The position numbers were made by a program, and so were the translations under genes. From positions 28,768,001 through 28,832,000 of the forward strand of contig OZ024748.1 in assembly GCA_964016885.1 (NCBI GenBank): a stretch of DNA of 64,000 bases, written 5' to 3'. Origin of the DNA: Eledone cirrhosa (lineage: Eukaryota). Positions 52,674-64,000 of this stretch are shown piece after piece. The notes under the pieces are model-generated. The model saw only the letters and a list, made by a program, of their open reading frames with translations. It searched no databases and was not told where the DNA came from. Numbering within the stretch: position 1 is the first letter of the stretch; each line of letters opens with the position of its first letter.

Positions 52674-52804
52674 TGTTTCTACTTTAGGCACAAGGCCAGC
52701 AATTACCCAGTGCATTACTGGTACTTTATTTTATCGACCCCGTAAGGATGAAAGGTAAAGTCAACCTCGGCGGGATTTGAACTCATATCGTAAAAGGACG
52801 TAAC
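52674..52804 (-). mobile_element. 5'-truncated SINE with an 18 bp target-site duplication
   Basis: TATAATAATAACATTAAT at 52656-52673 and 52805-52822. Confidence 0.9.
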
Positions 52805-53600
52805 TATAATAATAACATTAATGAAGATGCTGATGTTACATAAATCGTTTGTTCATTATAATTATTTCAACGGTTCTCCTGTGCAATCAAGATGTAATTC
52901 ATGCATTTATTGCTGTTATGAGAATGGTATCCTCAGATGAAATTCGATTTTGTGGTATGCTGCAGGCAGGTAAAAAACACACGTCCTTCTGCTTGTGCGT
53001 CCAGTGGACATATGAGTTCCTGAAAGGGTCTCCCAGCCGTCGTCTTTACTGGAGTGCTATCCATTTGTCAACTTGCGAAATCAGGATTCACGCACCCTCA
53101 CGGAATTGAGGTCGTAAATCAGCAGAAAGGTAACCCTTCAAGTATGTTGTGTTGATCTGTATCAAACGATAGTCTATGCGTAGCCAGAATCCAGCAGATA
53201 GTGGAAGCAGTAAACGGAACTCTGAGGGGGGAGGGGTATATACTTTGATTGACAGCCACATTCAAGACAACAGCTACAACAACGACAACAACGTCGCCTA
53301 CACTGGCCATAGCAGTCGAAGTGATAGTAAAACCCCGCTAACAACAACAACAATAACAACAGACGACGGCGACAACAACCACAGCAATAAACGGAACTCT
53401 GAGGTAGGGCGATAAACACACTTGTTGACATCCATCTCAAGACAACGGCACCAACAGCAACACCGCCCATCGCCCACACTGGTCGTCCCAGTAGTAGTGA
53501 TATTAGTACCCAGTTAATGGCAGCGAGTACACCCAACCCGAGAGCCAAGCAGCGGCAACACTAACAACAACAACAACAACACCAGTAATGAACCCATCAT

Positions 53601-53789
53601 TAATAATTGTTCCTACTTTTGGCACAAGACCAGCAATTAACCAGTATATTACTGGTACTTTATTTTGTCGACCCCGTAAGGATGAAAGGCAAAGTTAACC
53701 TCGACGGGATTTGAACTCAGACCGTAAAGGGACGTAATTATGCTAGAAAGCATGACGTCCGACCCTCTACCGATACTGCCAATTCACCG
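53601..53789 (-). mobile_element. SINE
   Basis: Reverse complement of the SINE consensus. Confidence 0.9.
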
Positions 53790-53858
53790 AATATTCGATT
53801 CGTTTGTAAACAAACGGCCTGATTTGAAGCTGAGCCGTGCCGGTGACCGATCAGGGTA

Positions 53859-53935
<77 letters not shown>

Positions 53936-54769
53936 CAAAGTTTTGTTTATGTATATCAGGAGTGAATGCATAAACAAGAAAACTGCTTACTCGACGGTAT
54001 CCTTTGAATCATATAGCATAGATATCCAAGCAGTGGAATATGGTATATAGGTCCAGAAAAGATTACGGACCATATTCATATAAACAAGTATTGCACCAAG
54101 AAAAATATAAACATCGGCGAGAAATAAGATCAGGAATTTATTTGCTTTAACATATGTTTCTGTATCTATTATAATTGTCTACATATGCTGACTACAATAT
54201 ATATTGTTCATTCATATGCAATACTTAATTATTTATCACACTTCATCAGAAAGCTTATAATTATGGAAATGACTATTCACTACACCATAGAATTCGGAGA
54301 TGGGATTTTCGTTTAAGAAAATATAAATAAGTCAAAATGACAATAAAAATAGAATAAAATACAGATAGTGTGATAGTAGAGAGAGAGTTAGGAGGAGAGG
54401 GAGTGGGAGTAAAGAATTTCACATTATCAATCTGTGTGCTGTGATGTGGAACAATTATTCCTTGACCATTGGTATGGGTGCAGGTTTTGATGTTTGCCAT
54501 ATATGGTCAACAGGGTAGAGAAGGTATAAAGAGAAGGACAGAAAAGGAGAGGGTAGAAATTAAGAGTAGGGTAGAGTGGGTAAGGAGGAAAGGAATTAAG
54601 AAATTTAGATTGTTTTAAACATCAATGAATTCTTTGGGTAGGTGTGAAAAGTTCAAATGTCACAGGAAATGTACTAAATAAGATGTAGTAAAATCTAGGT
54701 ATTAGGGATTGAATCTTGCTCTAGTCCAGTTTGTATTTAGCAAAGGTTTTAAGAACCTTGTGTTTGCCG

Positions 54770-56160
54770 GGAATTTAGTAGGTCCTTTCAGTCGCTATTT
54801 CAATTACCTCCGCCAGACATAATTCTAATACTTAGAACTAATGAATTCATCCGTCGGGTACGATGGAAGGTATTCCACTTTGAATACAAAATCAATAACC
54901 CGAATGATAATTTAAAATACATTGATCATGATAATTACGGCTTTAATTCGTATAAAAACCCTCCTAGCAACATACTTCTGGAAACTTTTGGTTACTAATA
55001 TCAAGTTAAAAAAACATCGATACAAAAACAAATCCCAACAGGACCTAAAAATAACTATGAATGAACTAGCGAAAACGGAAGGGATACTTATCCGCGCTGA
55101 TAGAATGAGCAATATCTACTCCCTTGACATCGTTACTTATAGGAACTTTACATTTAAAGAACTGAATAAGAAATATAGAAAAGCAGATAAGTCTACCACT
55201 GAAAACTTTATAGGGAAGGTCTTAAGATAGTGAATCGCTTAAGCATAGCAGACAGAACGGGACCAATGTATCCCGACTTCCAACTTTTAACTTGAAAGAC
55301 CACAAAGACAACTTTGGTTGTAACCCCTCTATTAGACTAATATGCCCCTCTTAATCTGACATAGGACGCATAAGTAACTACATTCTAGATAGGGTACTAA
55401 TACAAATAAAAAACAGACTGTCTTTGAAACTCTGGAGCAATACCGGAGACGCACTCAACTGGTTCACTTATTTAGAAGATAAATCAACTTATAATTTCAT
55501 TCAATTTGACATAGATGACTACTATTCATCTCTTCTTCAAGTCATTCTCAATAAGGTCCTTATATTCGCGATGCGCAATTCCAAATTAACTAGAAATGAA
55601 GTCGATATAATTTCAACGGCTAGACGTTCGATCATAATGTTTGACAATGAGTACTGGACACGTTTGGGATAAACAAAACGACTTCGATATAACTATGGGT
55701 TCGAGTGACTTGGCCCAGGTTACGGATCTTGTAGGAACATATCTTATGCACAAATTACATCTAGAATTCCCTGACCTCAAAGGAGGTATATATAGAGACG
55801 ATGCTCTCCTACTCGTTAAGAATGTCAATGGTCAGCAATTATAAAGAAGAAGGAAAACTATTAGGACCTTCTTTCAATGCATGGGCCTTAAAATATCTTT
55901 TGATCATAACCTTAAACGCATCAACTGTTTAGATGTGACTCTGGACCGTAACTCCGTTTTATACCCTTCCATAAATCTAATGATAAATTAAACTGTTAAT
56001 CGTTGGTCTTACCATCCTAGGAGTATCACTAGCTCCATTGTTAAAAATGTATCCGTTATGATCTCCAGATTGTCTGCCTCTGAATACTCTTTCAATACAC
56101 ACGTGGACTACTAGAACGCTGCTCTATTTGAGGCCGGTTATGATGAACCCAATGTGTATT
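54770..56160 (+). mobile_element. Penelope (Naiad-like) reverse transcriptase fragment, decayed
   Basis: IRADRMSNIY, LKDHKDNF, RLICPS, FIQFDIDDYY, FDITMGSSDLAQVTDLVG, GIYRDDAL, LDVTL. Confidence 0.85.
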
Positions 56161-56336
56161 TGTCCGTCATGCAAAGGGAGATAACTCATCTATGTATGAG
56201 TATATAAATATAAACACATATATATATACATAAACAGATACATCGACATTCGATCGACTTTCATCAAATTGGACCGATGAAACAATGCTTCCATTGGTCT
56301 TTCCAATTGCTAATACTATCTATCGGTCGCAACTCC

Positions 56337-56634
56337 AGGTAGAAGGAGCAACGTGAAATAAAGTGTCTTGCTCAAGGACATAACGCATCATCCGGTCCAG
56401 GAATTGAACAACCACTCAGCCACGCGCATTCACAGACACGTTATACAAAATAATTGTTTCTACTTTAGGCACAAGGCCAGCAATTATCCAGTGCATTACT
56501 GGTACTTTATTCTATCGACCTCGTAAGGATGGAAGGCAAAGTCAACCTCGGCGGGATTTGAACTCAGATCGTAAAGGGACGTAACTATTGCTGGAAAGCA
56601 TGGCGTCCGACCCTCTACCGATACTGCCAATCCA
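56337..56634 (-). mobile_element. Older tRNA-SINE remnant (56337-56432) next to a copy of the main SINE (56449-56634)
   Basis: CTTGCTCAAGGACA..GGAATTGAAC (reverse B box); then the main consensus. Confidence 0.7.
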
Positions 56635-57382
56635 CAAAACAATGACATACACACACATCTATGTGACAAAGTATAGAAAACAGCGATCAATGTGTGTGTG
56701 CATGTAGTAATTATTTTCTCTAATGAGTCTGTTTATGTATATGTTTGTAAAGATATGTGTGATTGTAATAATTATTTTTAACCAGCGTTCTTAGATTGGC
56801 TACATTTGTGTGAGTGTATGTGTGTGTGAGTGTATGTGTGTGTGAGTGTATGTGTGTGTGAGTGTATGTGCGTATGTGTTGTCCAAGGAGCCAAGTCTCT
56901 GGCAATATCAGAATAAGTTAGAATTATCAAGAATATAAAACGATCGCAGTTGAAAGGTATATTCAAATACATATCTACCCTTAATTTAACAGTTCATAAA
57001 TGCGCCTAATATATTTATATTAAGAAATCTATGTAATACATTTTAAATAGGGAGTTTTTAAAACATCAACTATAAGTCACGGTCTGCTTTATGTGGCTTT
57101 GAGCCATACGGGTTTAGGTTGTTTTCAGTAATGGAGAGCGCAATTGAAAGGAAACGTCGTTTAGCGAGAGAAAGACAGGCCCTTTTTATATAATTGATAC
57201 TACAATTAGCAGTCATTTTCTAGGGCACGGGGTCAGCCAGTATGTGTGTGTGAATTTGTTTATCCTCTTTGTAACGTATTGTATCCGCTCTGATATTCGC
57301 ATTTGCAACATACGATTTTTGTAAAATCAATTAGTATGTGGAAATCGGCGACCCTACTGATATCTAATTGCTTGGCTTGCTA

Positions 57383-57514
<132 letters not shown>

Positions 57515-57540
57515 CATTTTATTAAGGCTAAATAGTGAGT

Positions 57541-57582
57541 TTTGTGGAGTTTCTCCTGTTTATCACAGGGTCATCAGACAAG
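57541..57582 (-). ncRNA. Degenerate minimal hammerhead-like motif
   Basis: Minus strand TTGT-CTGATGA-C-CCTGT.GATAA.ACAGG-A-GAAA-CTCC-ACAA; stem III essentially absent. Confidence 0.4.
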
Positions 57583-57922
57583 AACTAACGTTTCAATAGC
57601 AGACACAGCATAAAGAAAGGCACACTCAGGAGGCGTAGGGAATTAATTGAGGCGGGTTAATTAAGATAGGGTGGACAGTGTAGTAGTGGCAATGGGGTGA
57701 GGGAAAAGGGAACTGTGTGATAGAATTACATATGAATATGCTTATGTATATGATACGTTTATGTATAATAAACATCTTAATGTATGTTTATTATAGATAA
57801 ACAATTTGTCAATATACTTTTTTTTCTTACTGAATACATCTTACAGAATGAAAATATAAACGCAAATAACTATAATTTCACCGGATTGGGAATCAAGTAA
57901 AGTTCTTACACTCCAGCACATT

Positions 57923-58421
57923 TGTAGCGACGTGGTTAGTCAGTCTAGTCACTACTTCTGATCAGATCCGAGAATAGCCCTTAGAAGGACTCTTATCGCA
58001 TACGGTCTGATCAGATCTGAAGATAGCCCTTAAAAGGACTGTTGTCGCATATAGCCCTTAAAAGAACTGTTGAAGATGGACAGACGAAAGCACAAGTTGA
58101 AAGGACGAAGCAAGGTGAGATGTAAATTCGATCAGCTATTTATTTTCACATGAAGCGACGATACGAGGTACAAGGCGTGTGTGAGTGACAAAGCGTGGCA
58201 GAGGCGAGGAACAACGATGCGCTAGCTGACTCTGCCAAAAGTCGACTAGCGAAGTGTTTGGAACCACTCTATTTATACAGAAACAATCGTTTGATGTTTA
58301 GCCGATGTGTAGGCGTTTATTCTGGTAGGTTTTAAGGGTTCTTTTGTTTCACGTTGAGGTAGCTAGCTAACAGGTAGATGGCGCTGTATATTTCACAGAT
58401 GTTATTTCCGGTGGCTGTACA
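57923..58421 (-). repeat. 3' LTR (499 bp)
   Basis: About five substitutions, counted by eye, against the other LTR. Confidence 0.95.
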
Positions 58422-59353
58422 TTATTCCCCTGCCAGATCTTTTGTACAACAAAAGAGCGAAATATCGTATAGTAATGGGCCAGTGGTGCATTTGTCATGA
58501 CAATAGCCCCAGGAGTGTCCAGCACGTTGTGAAATTTTGTGATCATCGAGTACAGGACAGAGTCGATGTAGAGATGATATGGCAAGATATGTGTGTCAGG
58601 AAGTGAAAAAGAAATAAACTATAAAATGATTTTGACCAGATTTATGCAGGCGTGATGAATGAGCCTGTTGCAATTTGGGTTGAGCTGCCTGTGAATTGCG
58701 TGACAAAAAGTCTAACTGGGCAGTGAAGATAACCTTAATGCGTGAACTGAATGGCCGTAAGCATGCTGCCTAAAAGTAACAGTTTGCTCCACAGCATATG
58801 ACTTGAGCGAATGCATGTGGTAAAAAAAATAGCGAGACATTCTCGAACTATTGAGTGAATGTGTACGTGAAAAAAGAAGGCCAGTGTTTTGAGGCTGCGA
58901 TTTGTGAAGTGCGTGATCAAAGAGAAAACATTTTGTAGTGTAAGAGTTAGAGGGACACAAATATCTATTGCTCAGTGTATGAACCAAAAGGTGAAACAAG
59001 CGTGGTTTTGTAGTGTGCATGAAAAACAGGATATGTACACGCCTTGTATGTATATAAAAATTATGGCAATTACACAATCAATGTTACAGAACAAGAAAAA
59101 TATAATTTTTTGCAAAACAAGAGAGTGAAGAAAAAAAATGTTATACACAATGATATACACAATGTTTGTTCTTAAATAGAGTTTGTAATAAATAATGTTC
59201 ATTATAAATAATGTTCTTCGTGACATGAGCACATGGTCACTAAAAATTGCAATTGTTCAAGCAGAAAGTTCATTGTATTTGAAACTGGAAATAGTAAACA
59301 CAAGAAAAATGGAAATGTTTTGCACGAAGAATGATTAAGAAACTCACTTGAGG

Positions 59354-62300
59354 TTAACGGTAATTCACATATTGTGCCAACTTGGCGGGCCAATGGACGC
59401 GTCGTCCGCTTCTCGTGACTGGAGATGAAACAGGTGGCTCGCTGGGACAGCAATCTGTTGGAGTTTCTGGTGTAGAGACTGTAACAGTATACATGATGGC
59501 TTTTTTTAATCTGTCCACGCTGACAGAATTCTGTTTACCATCTAGATCGAGAATAAAATATTTCGGATATTTTTTAGAACACGATAAGGGCCAGAATATG
59601 GAGGTCGAAGATGAGCTGAGATGGTGTCGTTTCGAACGAAAACGTGTGTCCAATTTTTAATGTCTGAAGGTACGTGTGTGGCCGTGTTCTGTTGACGGGT
59701 GCTTGCAGGAGCAAGGTGAGACATATATTATCGAAGACGGTGTACGCATGATCCTGGGTCTGAAACATCCTGAGGAGAGATGGGAGCAACCATCTGACCA
59801 GGTAGAACCAGGGTGGTGCCGTACACTAACTCTGCAGGTGTGTGTCCGAATTCCTCCTTAACTGTGGATCGAATGCCCAGAAGGATGAGTGGTAGGTATT
59901 CAAACCAGTGGGTCTTGTCTGGATATGCTTTTATTGCAGCTTTCAAGTGGCGATGGAATCTTTCCACGAGACCATTAGCTTGCGGGTGATAAGCTGTCGT
60001 GCGGATGTGTTTACATCCTAACAGACGAGTCAGTTCCCTGAAGAGGTGGGAATCAAATTGGCGTCCTCTGTCATCTTCGCTGGGGCGCCATAACGTGATA
60101 CCCAGTGTAAAACCAAAGTTTTAGCGACTGTTTCCGCTGAGGTATCATTTATGGGAAAAGCCTCAGGCCAACAGGAAAATCGATCTATGCAGGTGAGCAA
60201 GTGTGTGTAGTTCTGTGATGGTGGTAGCGGTCCGACGATGTCGATATGCACATGATGAAAACGTGCACCAGGTTGCGCGAATGTGCCGAGTGGAGTTTTG
60301 ATGTGTCTGTGGACTTTGGCTTTCTGGCAGGCAATGCAGCTCCTGGACCAGTCGCGCACGTCCTTGTTAATGTTAGTCCACACAAAACGAGCAGAGATGA
60401 GTTTCTGTGTAGCCCGGATTCCCGGGTGAGACAAGCAGTGTAAAGCAGAAAAAACTTGTCGACGATGCATCTGTGGTACGTGCGGTCGTTCATGACCGGT
60501 AGAAAGGTCGCACCAAATTTGTCCCGGGGAAGAAGGAATGGGAACTTGCTGAAACTTGAGGGATGGTGAATCTCGGAGCTTGATAAACTCTTCGTCAGTC
60601 TCTTGTTCAGCTGCGATCTGTTAAAGGTCGATGCCTGAATGCACATGTATTGCGTTCAGGTGGATTCGGGACAGGGCGTCGGCTGCTACGTTGTCTGATC
60701 CCTTGATATGCCGAATATCAGTTGAGTATTGGGAGACAAAATCCAGGTGTCGGAGTTCTCTTGGTGAATGTCGATCAGGTTTGGCACGGAACGCATAAAC
60801 TAATGGTTTATGGTCCGTGTAGATCACGAAATCTGATCCTTCGAGCATGTGCCGAAAATGCTTAACCAAAAGATAGGTTGCCAAGAGTTCACGGCCAAAG
60901 GTACTGTATTTCGTTTCTGCCGGTTGCGACCGCTTAGAAAAGAAGGATAAGGGTTGCCACACGCCGTCGACATGTTGTAGAACGCCTCCAACCCCCGTGT
61001 CTGATGCGTCCACTAGCAGCGAAAGAGGAGTGCCAGACCTGGGGAAAACGAGCATGGAAGCGTTTGCCAACATTTCCTTCAGGCGGTTAAAAGATGTTAA
61101 TTCTTCCTCGTTTAGAGTGATCTCTTCGTTTTTGCGAGTCCGGTTACGAAGAAGGTCCGTGAGGAGTCTGGCTACGTCAGAACAATGAGGGATAAACCGC
61201 CTATAAAAATTCACCAGACCGAGGAATTCACGCAGTTTCCGAAGTGATGTAGGTGCGGGAAAACTGCGGATAGCTTCTACTTTCTCGGGAAGTGGACGAA
61301 TGCCGTCTTTATCGATGATGTGCACGAGAAAGGACAGTGAAGGAACGCCGAGAAGGCACTTACTGGGGTTGATGATGATACCGTACTCAACCAAACTTCA
61401 GAAAAGGAGATCTAAGTGCTTCTCGTTCATTCTCGGAAGTACTTGCTACCAGCACGTCGTCAATATACGCGTATACGAAGGGTAGATAGCGTAACACGGT
61501 GTCAATAAACCGCTGAAAAGTTTGTGCAGCGTTGCGCAGACCGAACGACATTCGCAGGAATTCGAATAAACCGAACGGTATTGTGATTGCGGTCTTCGGA
61601 ATGTCTGCAGGCTCCATAGGTATCTGGTTATATGCACGCACCAAATCTACCTTGGAAAAGATGCGTGCGCCTTGCAGAGAGGCAGAAAAATCGTGCAGGT
61701 GAGGTACAGGGTAATTATCGGGCACTGTAGAATTGTTAAGTGCACGATAATCCCCACATGGTCGCCAATCATTCTCGGTGTTTTTTTTTGGAACAAGGTG
61801 TAGGGGTACAGACCAGTTGCTGGAGGAAGGTCGAGTATGTGTTGGAACTCCTGCTTGGCGATTCTCAATCGGTCTGGAGGCAGTCTCCTTGGTTGGGCAG
61901 CTGTGGGTGGTCCCCTTGTCTCGATGTGGTGCGTGACACTATGCTTAATGGGACCATCCTTAAATACCGGGCGAGTGATGTCTGGGTATTTCTGAAGAAT
62001 GCCGTTGTACCGCGAAGGCTCTGACTGGCAAATTACAGGGCTCACTGTGGATTGCGTCGTAAATATACCTCTCACAGTGAGGTTTGTGGTGGTGTCAATA
62101 AGCCTCCGGTTCTTCATATCCACCAGAAGGTTGAAGTGGTGGAGAAAATCGGCTCCTAGGATCGGGATCGGCAGGTCTGCCACGACGAACACCCATTGAA
62201 AACGCCGCCTCAGGCCTAAATTGAGGGTCAGGGATTTTCCCCCGAAAGTGGGAATTGACGATCGGTTCACTGCCTGCAGAAAGGACGGTGTTGGGTGTCT

Positions 62301-62720
62301 TTTGCCCGAGATTAGTGAAACCGGAATAACACTAACCTGGGCTCCTGTATCCACGAGGTAACGGATGCCTGTCGCCTGGTCGTTAATAAAAAATAGACGA
62401 CTTTTCTTTTCAGTACCAGGGGTGAACGTCGTCGCCAGGCCCTGGGTGGCATTCCGGAAAGAGCACGGGGCTTTGCACTTAGATGCCTGTGCGCCGAAAT
62501 TTGTGTGATACCAGCAGAGGTTGCCAGGCAGACAATTTTGACTGGGACTACTGGATCTTCGACTGTGAAAAGGCCTGGATCGTCTGTTGCTGCGTCGCCG
62601 GTGTGTTTGAAAGGTCAAGTTCTCTAGTTGATTCGAGAGGGCTTTAATTTGACCAGCCCGCTCTCTGATCATAGCCCGCAGCTCTGAAATCTCGGCCTCT
62701 GTCGTTTGTAACATGTCCAT
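59354..62720 (-). pseudogene. pol: Truncated gag fused to pol (protease, RT, RNase H, integrase), frameshifted
   Basis: CWYHTNFG..C..PC (gag end), [71 protein letters not shown]. Confidence 0.93.
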
Positions 62721-62745
62721 TTTGATATTTTCTTAGGTGCTGTCT

Positions 62746-62777
62746 GGTTGCGCGTTCGACTCACATTAGGGTCACCA
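62746..62777 (-). other. Primer-binding site, tRNA-Trp-like, extended to 32 nt
   Basis: Plus strand GGTTGCGCGTTCGACTCACATTAGGGTCACCA resembles the T-arm, acceptor strand and CCA of eukaryotic tRNA-Trp. Confidence 0.75.
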
Positions 62778-62779
62778 AT

Positions 62780-63623
62780 TGTAGCAACGTGGTTAGTCCG
62801 TTTAGTCACTACTTCTGATCAGATCCGAGAATAGCCCTTAGAAGGACTCTTATCGCATACGGTCTGATCAGATCTGTAGCGGTTGTCTCCCTTGTTTGGA
62901 TTAACATCTAGACGGGAAGTAGAACCTTTTCTGTAACTTCCGGTCAGAACCCTATAAAACTAACAACTTTAAGTTCTCACTCTCTCATTTGGCTCTGCCT
63001 CTCATTTGGCCTTCCGGCGCCTGGCTGGCCTTAGCCAGGCGTCCTCTGCCAGCCGCGTTTGCCTGGCAATCAAAACGGTAACGACTAACTTTGTTTCATT
63101 CTATCATCTATTTCTTTGACATGACAACTATACTATCTACCATTGTTAATTAAATATTATCTACACAAACAATGTATTCCTTGTTACATTCATACAACCC
63201 AGTGTTTACGCTACAGATCTGAAGATAGCCCTTAAAAGGACTGTTGTCGCATATAGCCCTTAAAAGAACTGTTGAAGATGGACAGACGAAAGCACAAGTT
63301 GCAAGGACGAAGCAAGGTGAGATGTAAATTCGATCAGCTATTTATTTTCACATGAAGCGACGATACGAGGTACAAGGCGTGTGTGAGTGACAAAGCGTGG
63401 CAGAGGCGAGGAACAACGATGCGCTAGCTGACTCTGCCAAAAGTCGACTAGCGAAGTGTTTGGAACCACTCTATTTATACAGAAACAATCGTTTGATGTT
63501 TAGCCGATGTGTAGGCGTTTATTCTGGTAGGTTTTAAGGGTTCTTTTGTGTCACGTTGAGGTAGCTAGCTAACAGGTAGATGGCGCTGTATATTTCACAG
63601 ATGTTATTTCCGGTGGCTGTACA
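62780..63623 (-). repeat. 5' LTR interrupted by a 341 bp insertion
   Basis: Matches the 3' LTR on both sides of 62875-63215. Confidence 0.95.
62875..63215 (+). mobile_element. Solo LTR of a second family nested in the 5' LTR
   Basis: Termini TGTAGCG..CGCTACA; TSD GATC (62871-62874, 63216-63219); TATAAAA near 62953. Confidence 0.85.
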
Positions 63624-64000
63624 CATTCATAGGTTTGAACCTCTTTGCAGTTGCAGGATGACGACCGGGCCCACGTTGCGATGCCATGGGACACCTGTCG
63701 GCCCAGACTCCTTCACAATAAATTCCAGAGCCCTTACTGCCATTGACTTCAAGGTGATCATAGAGATCGGTGCAGTTTTAGGCTACGGCCATCGACACGA
63801 ACCTGTAACAGATCCTGAACAAGCAATGTCTGTACTTTGAAGGTGCACTCGACCAATCCCACTCTCTGGGCATCGAAAACACTACCCGAAAAGGAGAATT
63901 GGTTAACGTCATCGGAAGCCGCAGGTTTTTTTGTTTTTTTTCAAAGTTTCCCTCTCCTCTAGAAAGGTGTTGTGACAACAACTGGGGGCCTTTCATTCCC

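Larger units (their letters stand above)
57923..63623 (-). mobile_element. Gypsy/Ty3 LTR retrotransposon with both LTRs
   Basis: LTRs 57923-58421 and 62780-63623 (TG..CA), 4 bp TSD CATT, PBS next to 62780, PPT GGCAGGGGAA near 58425-58434, domain order PR-RT-RH-IN. Confidence 0.96.

Noticed and set aside
58435-59350. Possible env or extra ORF in the Gypsy 3' region
   Set aside because: Only short ORFs without recognisable motifs; AT-rich, UTR-like.
63628-64000. Complex sequence right of the Gypsy element with short ORFs
   Set aside because: No recognisable motif, and it is cut by the window edge.

Overview
Repeat-dominated animal genomic DNA with no recognisable host protein-coding gene. The SINE family and microsatellite load suggest an octopod cephalopod (inference). 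Nearly all long ORFs in the track are simple-repeat translations or decayed transposon genes. Main content: (1) a 16 kb head-to-tail train (3.7-20 kb) of four Tx1/L1-clade LINEs and tRNA-headed SINEs, nearly all joined through (ATT)n tails, with SINE and LINE 3' ends resembling each other; (2) two decayed autonomous and four non-autonomous Helitrons, one of them inserted into the catalytic Tyr codon of an autonomous Rep; (3) an (ACC)n-derived satellite and a 20 x 78 bp array; (4) R4, RTE, CRE and Penelope/Naiad-like fragments with several hammerhead-ribozyme-like motifs, including a 433 bp unit with three octamer-type boxes upstream of a type I hammerhead; (5) (TA)n-associated perfect palindromes; (6) a young Gypsy LTR element with truncated gag, an unusually long tRNA-Trp-like PBS and a nested solo LTR. 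All family assignments come from motifs read by eye; no searches were run.
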